DNA from: Macrostomum lignano
Lineage: Eukaryota
Reading direction: 5' to 3'
DNA length: 46,976 nucleotides
NCBI GenBank assembly: GCA_002269645.1
Contig: NIVC01003544.1
Span: 1 to 46,976 of the forward strand
Part shown: in pieces, positions 44,928 to 46,976 of the stretch
Layout: the number at the start of each line of letters is the position of its first letter
How positions within the stretch are numbered: the stretch's first letter is position 1
Made by a program: the position numbers and the translations under genes
The notes under the pieces: generated by a model
Told to the model about the DNA's origin: nothing
Databases searched by the model: none
The model's input: the letters and a program-made list of their open reading frames with translations, nothing else

Positions 44928-46976
44928 ATCATCGACTAACCGGCATTGAGTAGTTACATGTAGTTCAGAAATACATGTAACTACTTTTGGTGGTCGTTGC
45001 ATTGACCAAGGACCACTGTATATAACAGGACGTAAAACTCGAAGATCGTGTAAATTTTTAGGAGGTTGATTTCCTGGAAAAATACACGTGCATATAAATG
45101 TACATGTGCATAAATGTACGTAGGAGAAGTCCTTGGTACTGTTACGTGGTAGCTAATGATTACATGTTTATGTTAAGATCCGAGAGAATTACGCGCGTAA
45201 ATAGACAAAGAAGACCCTGATTTACATGCCTACGGGCTTCATGCAGGGCAGGGCCTTGGTATTGTAAACCCAAGGCATGGCTCGTTTGATTTCAATAGTG
45301 TGAATTTTGGATATCTGTTTTGAACCGGTGAGTCGGGCCAGATTTATTTAATCGTGATGAGTGAGCCAACAATACATATGCAAGTTTCTAGAGCAAAAGT
45401 GGACCGAGTGCACAAAAGTAGCTAGCAAAATACTTTTGTTAATTTTCATCGAAAATATTCGATTTTCTTAGACAGAACAGTCGGAGGCGTAGCGACTAGC
45501 GTGCACCGCACGTCCGGCGGCCTCGCCCATTTGATTAAATATGCATTAATTGTTTTTTTATTTGTCAAAGACAATGATTTTGGTATAAGAAGCTTAAGCA
45601 CCTTGTCTTTCCGTAAAAGATGGTGGACTTCACTTCATTGATCATTCATGACCCTCATGATGATCCCTTCAGCACCTTAATTTGCAGTTCTTTAAAGTAG
45701 ACTAAAATAGTAGCTGGGCCTAGGCTATCCGCTATCAGAACAATTTAGGCCTATTTCCTTTGAAATTAGGCCTACTAATAGGCCCTACCATAAAAATCGC
45801 TAGGAGTTATTTTCTTTGTTACTGAATGAAAGTAACTTGACTAGGCCTAGAAGTAGATTTTTGAAAGTTTTGTTGTTTCATTCAAATGCCATGCCCATAG
45901 TTATGATAGTTTGTATGGTGAATATTTCAAAGTATTATTTTCTTATGCTAGTGGCAGCAAAATAAAGTAAAGATACTCTAAATATAGCAGCCAGTGCATA
46001 GATATTTTAGGTCTATATAAAATAAAGATTAAGCCCTATTAATATTATACTACAAGTATATTGCATAATACTAGGCCAATACTAATAGCTATATAAGCCT
46101 AATGCAATAAGCCAACTAGGGCTGATTTCATATCAAATATATAGATATTGCCTTGCCTAAGTAAGTAGTAAAGGCCTGGAAAAAGGCCATAGTTTAGATT
46201 TAGATTAGTGTATAGTAAATGCTAGAAAAAAGTAGAATCTCATTTTGTATATATTAGGCCTATAGCTAGACCAATTGATAAAAATGTTAAAAAGTCAACT
46301 AGTACCCATGTTATATATGCTAGGATATATATTAATATATGCTAAAAAATAGCAAGCACCCTTGTTGTATGCAAGAAAATCATAGCATATATTTATATCA
46401 TTAAGTAATTTATATTTGCTTTTTTTATTTGGTAGTTTAAGCAACCTTACTAAATAGAAATTAGTACTCAATTAATGCCCATTCTGGTACAGACTGAACA
46501 AGCGGAGGCTGCTAACCAGATTTGCTTATTATTTTGCTTTCAAAGATTATGTTGGAAATGTTTTCTTTGGGCTATTGCTCTTTTATATTGGTCTTTATCT
46601 TTTATTTTTAAGGTTGTATTTGGTCAATATATTGCCATTTATATGCTATTATAAAGCTTTGGTGACCACCCCATTTGATGTTATTTTATCCTTGGGTTTC
46701 TTGTCCTTAATAGTAGAAAGACCATGGGAGTGTATTTCAAAGACACATATTTTCTTTTGTCTATATCTCTAAAAATATTCAACCAATTTCCATTAAAATC
46801 CAGAACATGGGCTAAATTTTCTGCTCTATTGATGAAGCAACTTCGAGAATCATAGAGATATTCAACAATTCTCCTTGGGGTGTCTGGTAGCAAAAACCAC
46901 CAACATTGGCAAAATTTTTCTGCTCACAAAATCTCATCATGAAACCACATTGTTCAACTATGCATATCAGTTGTGA

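Noticed and set aside
46575-46976. Short ORFs in AT-rich terminal DNA, possible transposase relic
   Set aside because: No recognisable motif; multiple stops in all frames.

Overview
Eukaryotic (animal) genomic DNA. GC-rich exons with Q/A/S tracts, spliceosomal introns and very abundant minisatellites suggest a flatworm such as Macrostomum; this is inference and was not checked. A large fraction of the window is tandem repeat, and most long ORFs in the track are repeat artefacts. Recognisable genes: a frameshifted PB1+ZZ (p62/NBR1-like) gene at 3.3-4.7 kb; an uncharacterised, possibly myristoylated protein on the minus strand at 5.7-6.8 kb; a divergent DEG/ENaC channel with a probable GC-AG intron at 41.0-42.9 kb. 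The most notable feature is a locally duplicated 8-10 kb unit (about 17.5-27.2 kb and 30.7-38.9 kb). In each copy the short and long ORFs, listed separately in the track, splice in frame into one unrecognised protein of about 790 aa. The two paralogues are nearly identical in intron and scaffold but differ in dense, almost purely amino-acid-changing patches. Mobile DNA includes LINE 3' ends with (AAC)n tails, a decayed RTE-type reverse transcriptase, a Helentron/HINE-like element, a tRNA-derived SINE candidate and several MITE/foldback elements. No CRISPR array, rRNA or intact tRNA gene is supported.
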